64,000 bases of DNA from Chrysomallon squamiferum (lineage: Eukaryota; Animalia; Mollusca). Each line of letters opens with the position of its first letter. The stretch's first letter is position 1. Where the stretch lies: NCBI GenBank assembly GCA_012295275.1, contig CM022673.1:14632001-14696000 (forward strand), written 5' to 3'. The position numbers and the translations under genes were made by a program. Below the pieces are notes generated by a model. That model did no database searches. It was not told the DNA's origin and saw only the letters and a list, made by a program, of their open reading frames with translations. Shown here piece by piece: positions 43,416 to 56,173 of this stretch.

Positions 43416-46400
43416 TTTTAATTTTACTGTTATTATTATTTTTATTTATTTTTTATATTTTTCTTTGGAAGGCTGAGGGAATAATTTTTTGTCTATTTTT
43501 AGATCATAGAGAAATTATTTTATTTATTTCCAGAGATAAAAAAATTGACTGCATGCTGAGAAACCTCATTTCACAAAACTAATACAACATTCACAGCTGT
43601 TGTATCCCCTACTGACACAAACCTGTATCTAATACTCGTAGAAGAAAGAAGATTGAGAAAAAAAAAAAAAAAAAAAAAAGTATAAAAACATCTTCCCCAT
43701 AATTTACAAATCATGTTTACTTTTAACTTTTATTCTTATTTTAATGAAGTACTTTGTTCTTTTAATTAAAATTATTATGATTTTTGTACATCCAGCTAAT
43801 CAAATTAATTGTTTATTTCTAATTTTATATTTCAATACAATAATCTTAATTCAACTGCTAATCTTTTCAAAGTAATTATTATTTCTTTTTTTATTAATTC
43901 AGATATTAAAACAATTATTTAAAAATTCAATATTTTTAGTCTGTTTCTCAGTGAACATTTAACTAAATGAATCTCTGTATTTTCTGTTTCAGGACTTACA
44001 CTTTGTTATTCCTGTGTGAAAAAGATATCAACTAAACTATTTATAATTTTTATTTATTATCATTTTAAAGTACCTGATTCCACTACAGGTGCTAACAGCA
44101 ACACTGGACCAATCATCTCTCTTCACGTAACCATGGTAATAACAATGTTCCACCGTCTGAAAAAAATAAAATTATTTTCAGCTATTTAATAATTTACTAT
44201 AATAATATTAAAAAACATTCTAAGAGTAAATGTTATTTTTATGTGAAAAAAGTAGAGTAATTACAGTTTATTATTACTGTTTTATTATTATTATTTTATT
44301 ATTATTATTATTATTTTTTTTTTATTATTATTATTTAATTTTCAGTGAAAACAGCTACACAGAAGAAAAACATAAAACTTAGATTTTAATTTTAGTCAAG
44401 AGACAAAGCAGAACAAAAAATAAAAATGTTTAATTTTTGTTTGCTTTTGTCTTAAAGGAAAAATAGGGAAAAGTATTAATATATTATCGTGTATATCAGT
44501 GCAAAGCACTATGAAAATTATTCTTTTTATTAACAGATTACAAGCATATTACATACTAACAAAGTACAATTAACATACACTTTACCAAAAACACATACTG
44601 GATTATGTCTACTGTTTACATATATGTAAAATGCTGCTAACAAGAACAAACTGTGTGATATGTTGCTATGACAACCATGACTGTAGTATCAAACATCTTT
44701 ATACCTGATTAGGTTTACAACAGCTGTCAAACTTACATAAATCAGTTCAGAAACATAAACTATACAAAAAAACAGTTTTTGAAAGTTTCCAATCTTTTGG
44801 AGATGTTGCGGCTGTTCTTTTCCAGTTAAGTTTGAAGTATTGTTGCTGTTACTGTTTTGTTTTTGGGTTTTTTTTAAATTTATGTTCTGTGATGTCGAAA
44901 TTGTATAGGGTTTATTATTATTAGTAGTAGTAGTAGTAATAGTAGTAATAGTAGTAGTATTGTATATATTATACTGACAGTTATTGACTTGTTAAAATAT
45001 GATTTATATTTTAAATAATTATTATCAAAATAAATAAGTAAATAAAACATTGTTAATACTATCTGTTTTATTCTTGTTGCACATAGTAGGTAAGTCTCAG
45101 TTGTCATCAGTAACCTAAGATGTTTTCACCTTGTGACACAGGTGTGGTTAAAACAGATCAAAGCTCTCAGTTCTTTTTCAAACTATTTACCTGAGCTACT
45201 TCTCAAATAATATACAGTCAAAATCTGACAAAGTATTATAGGATATCAAAACACTTGGGAATGTTTTGTATTTTGAAAATTTTGAGATTTTTTAATATAA
45301 GGATGTAACAAGATAACAAGATTTAAGTCTAAACACAAATTGCATTTAAGTTTATACATAACATGCAGAATTTTCTGCATAATATTTTTAATAATTTCAT
45401 TCATGAAATGAAGTTAATGTTTGCTAAATCATCTAAAAGCTGTAAGATATCACCAAAGGTCACAAAAGATTCTGGATTTCCAAATTTCACATAAGGAATC
45501 CTCAACCTGTGTCTCTAAAGATTAGTTATGTGTGGGATTAAATGACAGAATCGTAAAATATTTTACTGTCAAAATGAATTATATTTTACATGCTGTTTTT
45601 ACATCACCATTATACATGAACTCAGAAAGATTTATTCTGTGCAGAGAAACCAGAATTTTGGCTTTATCTCTCTTTTTTTTAAACATTTAAGAATATCTGG
45701 ATTTTTCCCCCATTGAATGAGATGTGAAAAATTACAAATGACATAGAAAGATGAATCTAAAAGTTAAATATCTAGTTATTTTTTGATTGAAGTAAAACAT
45801 AAAATCTAATTACTGGCCTGTTTACAAAATTAAAAAGCACCAAAAAGTGAAAAATTATCATGCAGGAATAATAAAGAAAAATATTTCAAAATGGACACAG
45901 TCTTGTCATAATCATTCAGACAGTTTGTTCCTGTTTTCGCTCCATGTTCTCATTCTCTGTTCTAACTCATTCTCTCTTCATCTCTGAGTGGTAATAAATT
46001 TGCTGGCATGAAATCATCTAAACACATTGCCCCAGTTGTTATTAAGATCAGCGTGTATCACAAATCACAGATAACATGAAGAGGTTTTTCACTAGCTCAG
46101 GCATTCTGTTTCTTTCCTTTTTTTTTTTTTGGTTACTGAGGATGTTCTGGGATAAAAAAAAAGAAAATGCATAGTATGTGCCTCATTCACTGTTTTTTTT
46201 TTTTTTTTTTGATATTGGGATGATTTTTTATATCATTTAAAATGGGGGGGTTTGGGGGGATTTGTTTTTCTTTATGTATCTTTTAATAATTTTAATTTTA
46301 ATAATATTTCTTTTTATTTTATTATTTAAGTTATTACTATTATTTCTTTTATTATTATTATTATTTTTTTTTAAATATTTAACACTTATTTGTAGTTCTT

Positions 46401-47028
46401 TTTGGAAAGAGTGCAAAAATATGCAACATTAGGAATAAATTCACTGCACATACAAAATATTAACATATAATATGCATAGAGAAAGAGAAAAATGCACTTA
46501 TACAATATCTTTACATATTTTGATCATGTTTTTATTTTATAAATCATGAAAAAGAATTTCCCAAAATACAATGGCTTATCAGATTCATCAGTTTAAAATA
46601 AATGTAATGTTCCTTTTGTTTGATTTCAAATCTGTATTGAGTATGTAATTGTTGAAAGATATTACAAATTCAGTTCAGCTTCTACATAAAGCATAGCTAG
46701 CTTTTTATTATTCAACTCTGAAAAGAAAGACAAATCAAATAGAGCTGTGTAATAACAGAGATTATCTGTGTCCAGCATACAGGAGTATCGATTGAACCAG
46801 ACATCCACTGAGTAATTCATAATTCAACATTAAACTGTGTATTTAGACTGGAAAAAATGACTTTACATAACAGAGTTTAATTCTGTACTGATTGAATTTC
46901 AATGTTTATATTAATAATTATACATTGTTTCCTATGCCTCTAATCAATTTATCACAGTATAATACACAATTATATCACCTATGTTTATACACCATAAATG
47001 ATATAATAAAATCCTGGGCTGTACAGTG

Positions 47029-47104
<76 letters not shown>

Positions 47105-47196
47105 GTATGCAGACACACACTTAATTTACCTTACATTAAATTAACAGTCATGTGTAGCTGAATTACCTTTCTATTTTATTTACACACAATTTATAT

Positions 47197-47239
<43 letters not shown>

Positions 47240-49985
47240 CACACAAAAATAAACCCACTTTTAAAACACCCTACACCCATAAAAAATATGTATACAATAA
47301 GATGTCTGATTATGTTTGATTAGTGATGTTCTAAATCTTGAATGATGTAATATAAATTAAAATAATATTTAAAATTTCATCATAATTTACATATGGCTGT
47401 GTGTGAATTGAGTATACATGTTTAATATTAATTTTAAAATGTTTACAGGAAAATGACTGCTCTGCAGATGAATGAGTAACAGAAAAAAACATCAAAGAGA
47501 AAAACAAACTTGAAGTTTTGAAAGGTGTTTACTGCAAATAGAATATGTATATGTAATTTATTTAATGTGAAATCAATTATATAAAAAAAAACATTTTAGT
47601 AAAAGACAACAACTGACATGTTATGTAACTAATGTTAATGGAGTGCAACCAACTTAACTGTAAACAAAAATGTCAAAATTGTACTATTCCTTCAATCATA
47701 CTTAAAGTTCTAAATTATAAAAAAAGGAGGTTTACAAAAAAAATGAAAAAGATTTTTAAAAAATAAGAATATTATTACTGGTGTTATTATTAAATTTTTT
47801 AATAAACAAAAATTCTGAAAATGCCAGGAGCTATAAACAAGTTTGGTCTGTATTCTGTAAAGAATCTAGAGACTATTTTATAAGAAAGTTTGTACTGTCA
47901 GATAAGCAGGTTTAAAAACTCAGATTGATTTGTGCGATGGTGGAGTGACACAGAGCGTGTAACTAAATTAACAGCAGACAGTGAATTCAGCTGATGCTTC
48001 CACCATCCGCCCCAGGGAAATAAAAGTGTAAACACTTCTAACAAATTAACCCACCAGTTGACCATTTGTGCAGAAAGTAAGAGAAGCCATTAGAAAGCCA
48101 TCTATGAGAAGTGCACAAGATGAGAAAAAGAAGCAGCTATGTTGTGTACCGGGAGAGCTGAGGTGGGTTTGTGTTTGATACAGAAACCAGACAATAAGCA
48201 TTAAGAAAAAAATTGCAGCAGTGTTAGATGTTGGTAGAGATGGAGGGTTAGAACTGATAGAGAAATGAAGTAATAAGTATAGGTAAGCAGTGATGAAGAA
48301 ACAAGGTAATGAGGCATGTAGGAACTCTTGTACACACTCTCTGTGTGGCAAGTCGTAACCAGCCTGACTGAAAGAGACAGCTTTATCTACACATAAACAA
48401 ATTAGCCTCTCTGAATTCCAAATAAATTCATTTCATCTATTTATGTAAGGCTTAAATGCAAAAAATATATATTAATATCACGTAACCAGACAATTTATTT
48501 TGATAGAATATTTCTTATAATTCATGAAAGTTATTATATTTTACTTTATAACCAAAACCAAACTTGTTCAAAACAGTTATCAGTGCTGCAGATAAACACA
48601 GCAAAAGCAGAGGAAGGGCATCTGATGGGTTAACTCAGGAATGTAAAGGGTTAACTGATATCAAAAAAGGGGTCAAACAGAAGGAAGTCTGTAAGAATGT
48701 TTGCTCATTAGCTTAATGAATGCAAGACATGACTGGCAACTGAACAATTATGTAAAGATGATTAGCACATACAAGGTGAGATACATACTGGCTATACATA
48801 GTAACTGCACCATCTGTGCATGCATTACTGTAACATGCTTCTTGAAAATCAACAGTTTAAAAAGTGTCTTATCGCACTTCAGAGAAAAATTGATAGTGTA
48901 AAGCCATAAACATTTTATTTAATATGGTAATATGAGGAGATAGGCAATGTAAAGACAGGAAAGGGAAGAAGCTAAAGTCAGTGGAGTAAAGTCAAAAAAT
49001 ATTAAAGAGATTGGAAAAAGTTATGAAAAAATAACTGAAAGACTATGTTACAATGTCAGTGTGCAATGTTTCTCATTTCATACTTGAGAATTACAATTTA
49101 TTTCATTTTGTATATTTAGTTTATTTCATTTTCTAAATAGTCAGTTATTAAATACATTTTTCTGAGCTCCATATGGCATTAACAAAAAGATATGAAAATA
49201 ATGGTTTCCAGTTAAAAAAAACAATAGCAATTAAAAAAAACTGTTTGTAAACAAAGAACAATTACCTTTTACCATTTCATACTGCAGAACAAAACAGCAT
49301 GATTTATATAGATATTTAAAAAAAAAATGCAATTAGCAGATTTACTGGGGATTCTTTTTGGGAGGAAATGTTATTTTCTGTGAGCTTCAGTTTCATGTTA
49401 AAGTGATAGCAATGAAACAAATAAAATTTTAATAAATGTTCAAATCTAAGCAGGTATTTAGTTTGAAAGATTCACAAGAAATATTTTTAAATATTTTACT
49501 TTACAGCCTGAGAAAAACTTATTAAAAACTGAAGTTTTTGTTCTCTGTGTTAAAACTGTATACAAATAAACATTAAAATACACAATAAGCTGTTGAGTGT
49601 GTGTGTGTGTGTGTGTGTGGTGAGCTGTCTGTGTACATGCACTGAGTGTATGTATGTTAATAATTATATTTGTTGTGTATTTATGACTCTGTAAATATAT
49701 GTGTCTTCATATTTGCATGTAAAATAGGTTTATGATCAATGTAAGGAATTAAGGAATTATACCTAAACCACAAAAATGTTTCTGTAAAAACAATTTAATA
49801 GTTTTCTGTTTTTGCTATCTTATTACAGCACCTTGACAAATGTCTTTAAGATTTCATATTTGGACATCTTCCCAAATACAAATTAACATCCAAAACAAGC
49901 AAAAAAATACCACACACAAAAAAAAAAAAAAAGTGAATAAAAATTATATCTATGAAAGGAAAATGAACAGGAAGAAATGTATGCT

Positions 49986-50047
<62 letters not shown>

Positions 50048-53000
50048 TCCCAAACACACAATCACACACATACACACAAAAAACACCCAAATACACACAA
50101 AAACACTTACAAATAGATACAAAAACATGTACAAACAGATACAAAACCACACACATACACATACACCCACAAAAAATCTTAACAGTTATTTTTACACAAA
50201 TTCATAAACTTACCTTGGTAATAACTTGCTGGTTTCCTTCCTGGTAGTGTTTCACCTTTATACCTGCTGACAACAGTGCACTGAAAAAATACAATTATCA
50301 AAACTGAATGGTTTGAAGTAACTAAAGTTTTTTTCATTTACTCTTTTACCCTGAAGATAACAATAAGACTGCTGTTAGTGACAAAAAAAGTTTAAATTTA
50401 ATTAATTTTTTTCAATACTTTTGTTAAAAAGAAGAAAGAGAATGCATGTTAACTTAGATGTACTTGTCAGAACCCCAAAAATACAATTCTAGTAATTTAA
50501 AAACAAATTTCTCTTTGTTAAATTTCAGTTACACAAGCAAATTCTGTAATACACCTTATGTTGTACTTGTCAGAGTGTACCGAATTTTCTTTCAAGTTCT
50601 TTAAAAATAATGTGAAATTTCAAAAAAAAAAAATAATAATAATAACAAAATGATGTCCAACAAAAAAGAAAAAGGAAAAAAAAGCAATAAATGTAAATAA
50701 ATTATTAGCAATTGCCCACTATGAGACTTAATAAACTAATTAGTATCAGGTACAAGAATTTTCCTATCTGTATTTTAAAAATAAAAGTTTTATGCTAACT
50801 ATTTTAGATATACCAAATCACTTGTTGTGTATTCAGTATTCCAGTAAATATAACAAAGGACTATTCAAAGAGTACTCATGTGATGAACAAAGTAAATAAC
50901 AATGAATTTGAAATTTTCCTCATGAAGCAGCCACGGTTAAAAAAGAGTTAAAACCAAAGAGGAAGCCAATGCCATCACAAACCTCTCTGAGTAATTAACT
51001 CTGACAGAAGCTCAACTAATAAGTTTCAACATGTCTTAGTTAAGCTGGAAACCATGTCAAACATTTCTCAGCTAGGCTGCTTATGTCAATTGTCAGCTGT
51101 TGATACAGTTGTTACATATTTATTTGTTTCAAAACTCTTAAATAATTTCTATGATATCCTGGTACATCTGTTACATAGAAGTCTTTTGATACAATCTTTT
51201 TTCTGTCTTTCTTTCTTTTGTTTTCTTTTTTTCAAGTTCCAAATAATTTTCTTTCTCTAAAAACTAAACATCCTTTATTTTACAACTATCCAAACAGAAA
51301 AATTTAATATAATGCATCCAAATACAATGATTTTAGAAACAGTTCTTAATTATAAGAAATCAAATCTGAACTAACATACAGTACCAAAGCACAAAGGTGT
51401 AGAGTGTAAAATTACTGTCAAAAATGTAAACACAACAAATTTTATCACAAACAAGTAATACACTTACTCATTCTTCTCAAGTTTGATCTTGTATTTTTTG
51501 CCATCAAGCACCAACTGAAGGGTTACATGCTTGTAGTGCTCATGAGTACCCTGAAAATAAAACATTTACAATAATAAATGAACAAAATATAGAGAACATT
51601 AATAAAATTATTATTCCTCATCTACTATTTTTCATTTCATTAATACTGTGTTATATTCAGAACTCAAATTCTGTAGTATGTTGTTTATGAAAACAAAATA
51701 TATTACATGTTATGTAATTAAAAGTACTTACATGATGTCTGACTTTGTGCTCCTTGGTAGATATGGCGACAAGTTCATTTTTGCGGATTTGTTTTGGGAA
51801 GACAATCTGGTATGGGCGAGGGATTGTGTGAAGGAGAACACGATTGTATTCATACTCATCCAGCAGTCTCCTGACATCTCGACCTAAATATAAATATAAT
51901 CTGTTAAACATTACATCTCTATCTGAATATGCAGTTTACCTAACTTATTTAAAATTACTCCTAGCTGACGTACTCATCCAACAATCTCCTGACATCTCGG
52001 CCTAAATATAAATTTATTGATTTAAATATCTGTTAAATGTTACCTCTGCATCTAAATATAATATTTACCTACATTATTTAAATTTACTCCAATATGAGTT
52101 ATTCATCCAATATGCTTTTAATATCACATCTAACTCATCATTTTAAATATATGTTACACACAGTGGTATATCCGTAACTGAATACACTTTGTTATATATA
52201 AATAGTAAAATTGTCTAGAACGTGGAAGTGCAGTTCATTACAACTGGTACATGAATATTAAATATTTAAATCTTTCCTATTAGTCTAAGGATACTCAAAA
52301 CATTTGTGCACAACAAAAATTTTATTTTACAAAGGACATTAATTTGTTTGACTAAAATAGAATATGAAAGTCACTAAGTGTTTATATCAATGGCATTTAT
52401 AAACAGAAGTTTAAATGAATATTTTATATTAATAAATTAATACAATCTGTTCAACATGAAGTTGATGAACCATATAGTGAATACAGTGGAATTTTTTTAT
52501 GATATAACACCTAGTTGATATATAAATTAAATAAATAAATTGATGATTAGTTTCTGTTAGAGTGAAATCAAACATTAACAGATGATGTCTAATTTGTAAA
52601 CTAATTAGTGTCAGTCTGGCTAATGACTGACAGGTACAAGTGAGAGATAAATAAAGTGTTAACAGTTCTCATACAGAACTTCTTTGTTGTCAAAGTGAAA
52701 CAAAAATCTTGCAGCTCTATCTAGATCTGTGTTTTTTACACATCTGTCTGACTGGAAACATTCAGTGCATGTACATCTGCGTGCAAGTTATTTTATTTAT
52801 AATCTTCTGAGCAGCTTTATCCAGAATTTTTCTTTCTTTTAAAACTCTTTTAAATCTTTTTATATGCTTAAATTGCTAAATATTTAAATATAAAAAAAAA
52901 AAATTAAATATTTCTTATGACCTTGTTGAAAAACTTGCTATAGTATAATAATGTAATTATAAATTTTCTTTTTTTATATATAATATAATGTGTAACTTTT

Positions 53001-54738
53001 TAAGCATTTAGTGCATGGATATCTGAATGCCAATGATTATATTTATAATGTTCTAAACAAATGGCTGTATTTCAGATAACTTTCTAATAAAGTTCTTTAT
53101 TTAGTAATGTCACATTTTGCCTTAATGTTAAATGGTGCACTGATCTGAATTTTTTTTTTCTTCTTCAAAATTAAATTCATTATAAAATAAATTAGTGTTA
53201 ACTGATGATAAGGAATAATTCAGTATGATACCTTATTGAAATTAATATTTTTATAGCTGTTTCGATGTTGATGTACACAAAGTAAAAATAACATATTAGC
53301 TGTGTATTAACTAATTATACTGGTATATTAGCAGTGACACAAATTACAAATTACAACAGAAATAATTAAAACTAAACAAAAAATAATAATAATAATAAAT
53401 TTCAAAAATACAATAAAAACATATTTTTTAAAAATAACAAAACAGATGAAGTATTTCAAAGTAATTTGATAGGTATTTGCATGCTTTGTTGTTCTTGTTG
53501 TCTTGTTAACTTGTAAAATAAAGAACAAGAAAAAAAAGAAAAAGATCATCTTAAACAACATCTACAGAAACTTTATAACAAACACCAGTAATGTGCATTT
53601 GTGCAAAACACATTACTTACTGAAGAAAAAACACAACAAATGTGAGTTCAAAAGATACCTACAATTATCTTTTTTATAATTCTAAATGTATGTCTACCTA
53701 CTTTTAACAGAACTGATATCAAAGAAGTATCTACATAAATCATCTGCTGTTTTGAAGCTATACATAAAATGAGATTTATATCAAACAGCAGACAAAATGG
53801 CTGTTTATAATTAGCCTGACAATATCTTATCCATATTTACTAAAACTCAAATGATTTAACCACTCAAGACTCATTTTCAATAATTATAACAATTATAAAT
53901 CATACAATCCTTGTAACTAGCTTAGCTGTTACCTCAAGTAATTAGTTTTAAAGTATTTTATTATCCCATGTAACAAGCATTGCTGTTATCTCAGGTAATT
54001 AACTTTATACTTACCCCATATAAATTATAATGAGCTTTATAATTACCTCAAGTAATTAGCTTTTATAGTCATAGTACTTAAATCTCCAGTTAGGTTATTA
54101 CATTAAAATCTATGCACAGCAACTGTGTTAATTAACAGATAATTTATAATTTATTAATACATGCAAAAAAAAAAAAAAAAATTAAAATTAAAAACAATAA
54201 AATTATAAATACAAATATTGAAATAATAATAACAATAATAACTTTCTCTCTTTCTCTCTCTCTCTCTCTCTGACATAAGAAAATATAAATATTTCTATTT
54301 AGATCGGTTACTCATTAAGTTTTATGTTTAACGATCGACATGAAATGAAACAGATAAAATAGCAACAAAAAGAAGAAAAAGAAAGAAAGAAAGCCGACCA
54401 GGAACCCTAAATGGGCCTCACAGTAAAGAAAACAAATGCGGTTTTTCTACTAGTTATATGCATATCTGTATATATTTTTTATCGTAAACTGGTATGAACT
54501 TTTATATGATGAAACAATGATCATGATAACTTTTCTCAAACAATATCATCCAGTACATAATAATAATAACATGATAGCGTGACTCAGTCAATGTACTACA
54601 AGCTAAACATTAACCCAAGCCGAAGGCAGACGTCAATTTTGGCTCTACTAAACAAAACTTACGTTGTCGCTTAGCTTCATGAAGACTCATAAAACTGCAT
54701 AAGTATATCAGCACCAGTATTCCAATCGGATATTCCAT
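26966..54738 (-). CDS. mmd: ADAM family protein, non-proteolytic mind-meld/UNC-71/ADAM11-22-23-like; 25 coding exons, ~1390 aa
   Basis: Phase-consistent GT-AG model (4173 nt): 54738-54663, 51883-51732, 51550-51468, 50280-50214, 44156-44074, 43120-43057, 38222-38168, 37883-37798, 37580-37512, 37276-37205, 36942-36776, 36491-36410, 36036-35949, 34180-34129, 33748-33643, 33281-33210, 32470-32375, 31992-31912, 31477-31363, 31048-30937, 30526-30410, 30138-29967, 29722-29406, 29046-28909, 28616-26966. Domains in order: signal peptide, prodomain (HCYYHG..STCSG), reprolysin domain (HMIGHNLGIEH, CIM Met-turn), disintegrin (CGNSIVERGEECDCG), Cys-rich, EGF, TM, long tail. Orthology assignment is from motif recall. 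Confidence 0.92.
28909..29046 (-). CDS. ADAM exon 24: juxtamembrane cytoplasmic segment
   Basis: TTTGATAG|A-CGT-AAG... RKTPTKLQNAV...LGILPSY|GTAAGT; 138 nt, phase 2-2. Confidence 0.8.
29406..29722 (-). CDS. ADAM exon 23: EGF end, Thr-rich stalk, transmembrane helix
   Basis: VCTRDDTCFCDNGWSGLDC...WLIIILASVVGGLVLILSFTLFCYR. Confidence 0.92.
29967..33281 (-). CDS. ADAM exons 16-22: disintegrin and cysteine-rich domains
   Basis: CGNSIVERGEECDCG, DPCCDPSTC, CRPRQTECDVPEFCDG, DGHPC..GYCMGGIC, NIMCGLLHCEGG, VQDGTKCG, CSGHG; all exons have canonical splice sites. Confidence 0.93.
33643..37580 (-). CDS. ADAM exons 9-15: reprolysin-type metalloprotease-like domain
   Basis: IRLALVIDKAM, IANIVDL, VALSYLEYW, GLAIPDSICT, HMIGHNLGIEHD, CDCADKFGCIM, FSTCS. 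Confidence 0.92.
37798..51883 (-). CDS. ADAM exons 2-8: prodomain
   Basis: YQIVFPKQ, LQLVLDGKKYKIKLEKN, HCYYHGYV..VAVSTCSGIRGVIQMHNETYVIQP, HPHIIFK..KCG (Cys-switch position), RAQR/RTQR furin-like boundary. Confidence 0.88.
54663..54738 (-). CDS. ADAM exon 1: signal peptide
   Basis: MEYPIGILVLIYLCSFMSLHEAKRQ then C|GTAAGT donor; phase 1 matches exon 2; lies at the CpG-rich edge. Confidence 0.85.
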
Positions 54739-55494
54739 ATCCTGTGCAGGTAGACTCCGTAATCATGTCATTTTGAGAAATTTTCTAAACAACAAAATCT
54801 GCCGTTCACATCAAAGCGACCTGTTTTGACAGAGCTGGCTTTAGTTAAACAGATTTCATAGCCACAGTTTCGTAGAAAACCATACATCAAGGGAGGTAAC
54901 TGTTTATGCTACTAAATGCTTTGTACGTTTAAGCGAGTGTAATTTAGACTTAATTTTCAGCAAAATATTTTAAAGATGGTTTTTCACTAAAGTATTTTTT
55001 TTCCTGTTTTAAAATATATTTTTGTTGCTTTATAGTACATTAATATATATTCCGTTTAAAGAATTGCTAATACAAGTCGATAATACATAAAATATTCATT
55101 TCTAAATAGTCATTTTAATTTCTCTAATTTCTATTTTATCTACTCGATGCGCTCTATTTTTTATTTAATAATACATTTAAAACTCGTACAACCAGAGAAT
55201 TTAAATTCTTTTATTTTTCTCAAATTTGTACATCAAAAATAACTGGCTATACGTTTGAAACGACCATCGTTACACAAAACAACAAGAAAATGAGGAAAGT
55301 TTTTAAATTTGTTATTATTTGCAAATGGTCTTTGTACTATTAAAGTGAATGAAAAATAATTAAATTACTTAAAATGAATTACAGAAAAATTAACAGGCAC
55401 AAACAGTACAGCTAGCAGTGTAAATATATTAATACTTAACATCATCATCATTCTTGTTGTTGCAGCTGTTACTATTGTAGTTGCTCTTAAGGTG

Positions 55495-55553
<59 letters not shown>

Positions 55554-56173
55554 CTAGGACAAACGCTTATTATGTTCTAACTTGCTTTTTTTTATATCAT
55601 TAACGACTGAAAAGTAAGAAAGATTCGTCAACAACAACAACAAAAAAAAATAATAATAATAATAATTACTTTCCTATTAGTTATTTCAGCAGTGTACTGC
55701 TATATTCTTGTTTGCAGAATATCAAAACTATTAAACAGACGACACAGTAACAACAAGTAAACATATTTTAAGAATAAACCTAACATAAATTTTCTAAAGT
55801 TAACTAGTAGTAAACAAATCAACCGTTACAAACGCGTGTATATTATATACATGGGTCAGTTACTTGTCATAGTGGATGTTCTAACTTGATATTTTGCGAC
55901 GATGTGCTAAATGTTAGATGGATTTTTATAAAATATAAGTACCACTACAATGACTGACGCAAGTGGTTACAAAACTCATAAATAAACTTTTACCCTGTTT
56001 AGTAATACATGGCAGCGGTTGTTTTTAAATTTTGTCTTCTACACATGTCATCGACTAAGATAGTATGCTTCAGTTTAAAAAAAAAAAAAAAAAAAAAAAA
56101 ATTGAAAACGTACGATTTAATAAGCATGTCAAGTGTTTGTTAAAAGTTGGTGCTTATGTTATCATGCTGGAAT

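Noticed and set aside
48046-48351. 101-aa intronic ORF as an alternative ADAM exon
   Set aside because: No ADAM-like content, and the 25-exon model is complete and in frame without it.
56077-56101. Poly(A) run as a retrogene tail for the intronless 631-aa gene
   Set aside because: It is on the wrong strand (poly-T in the gene's sense), and such runs are everywhere in this window.
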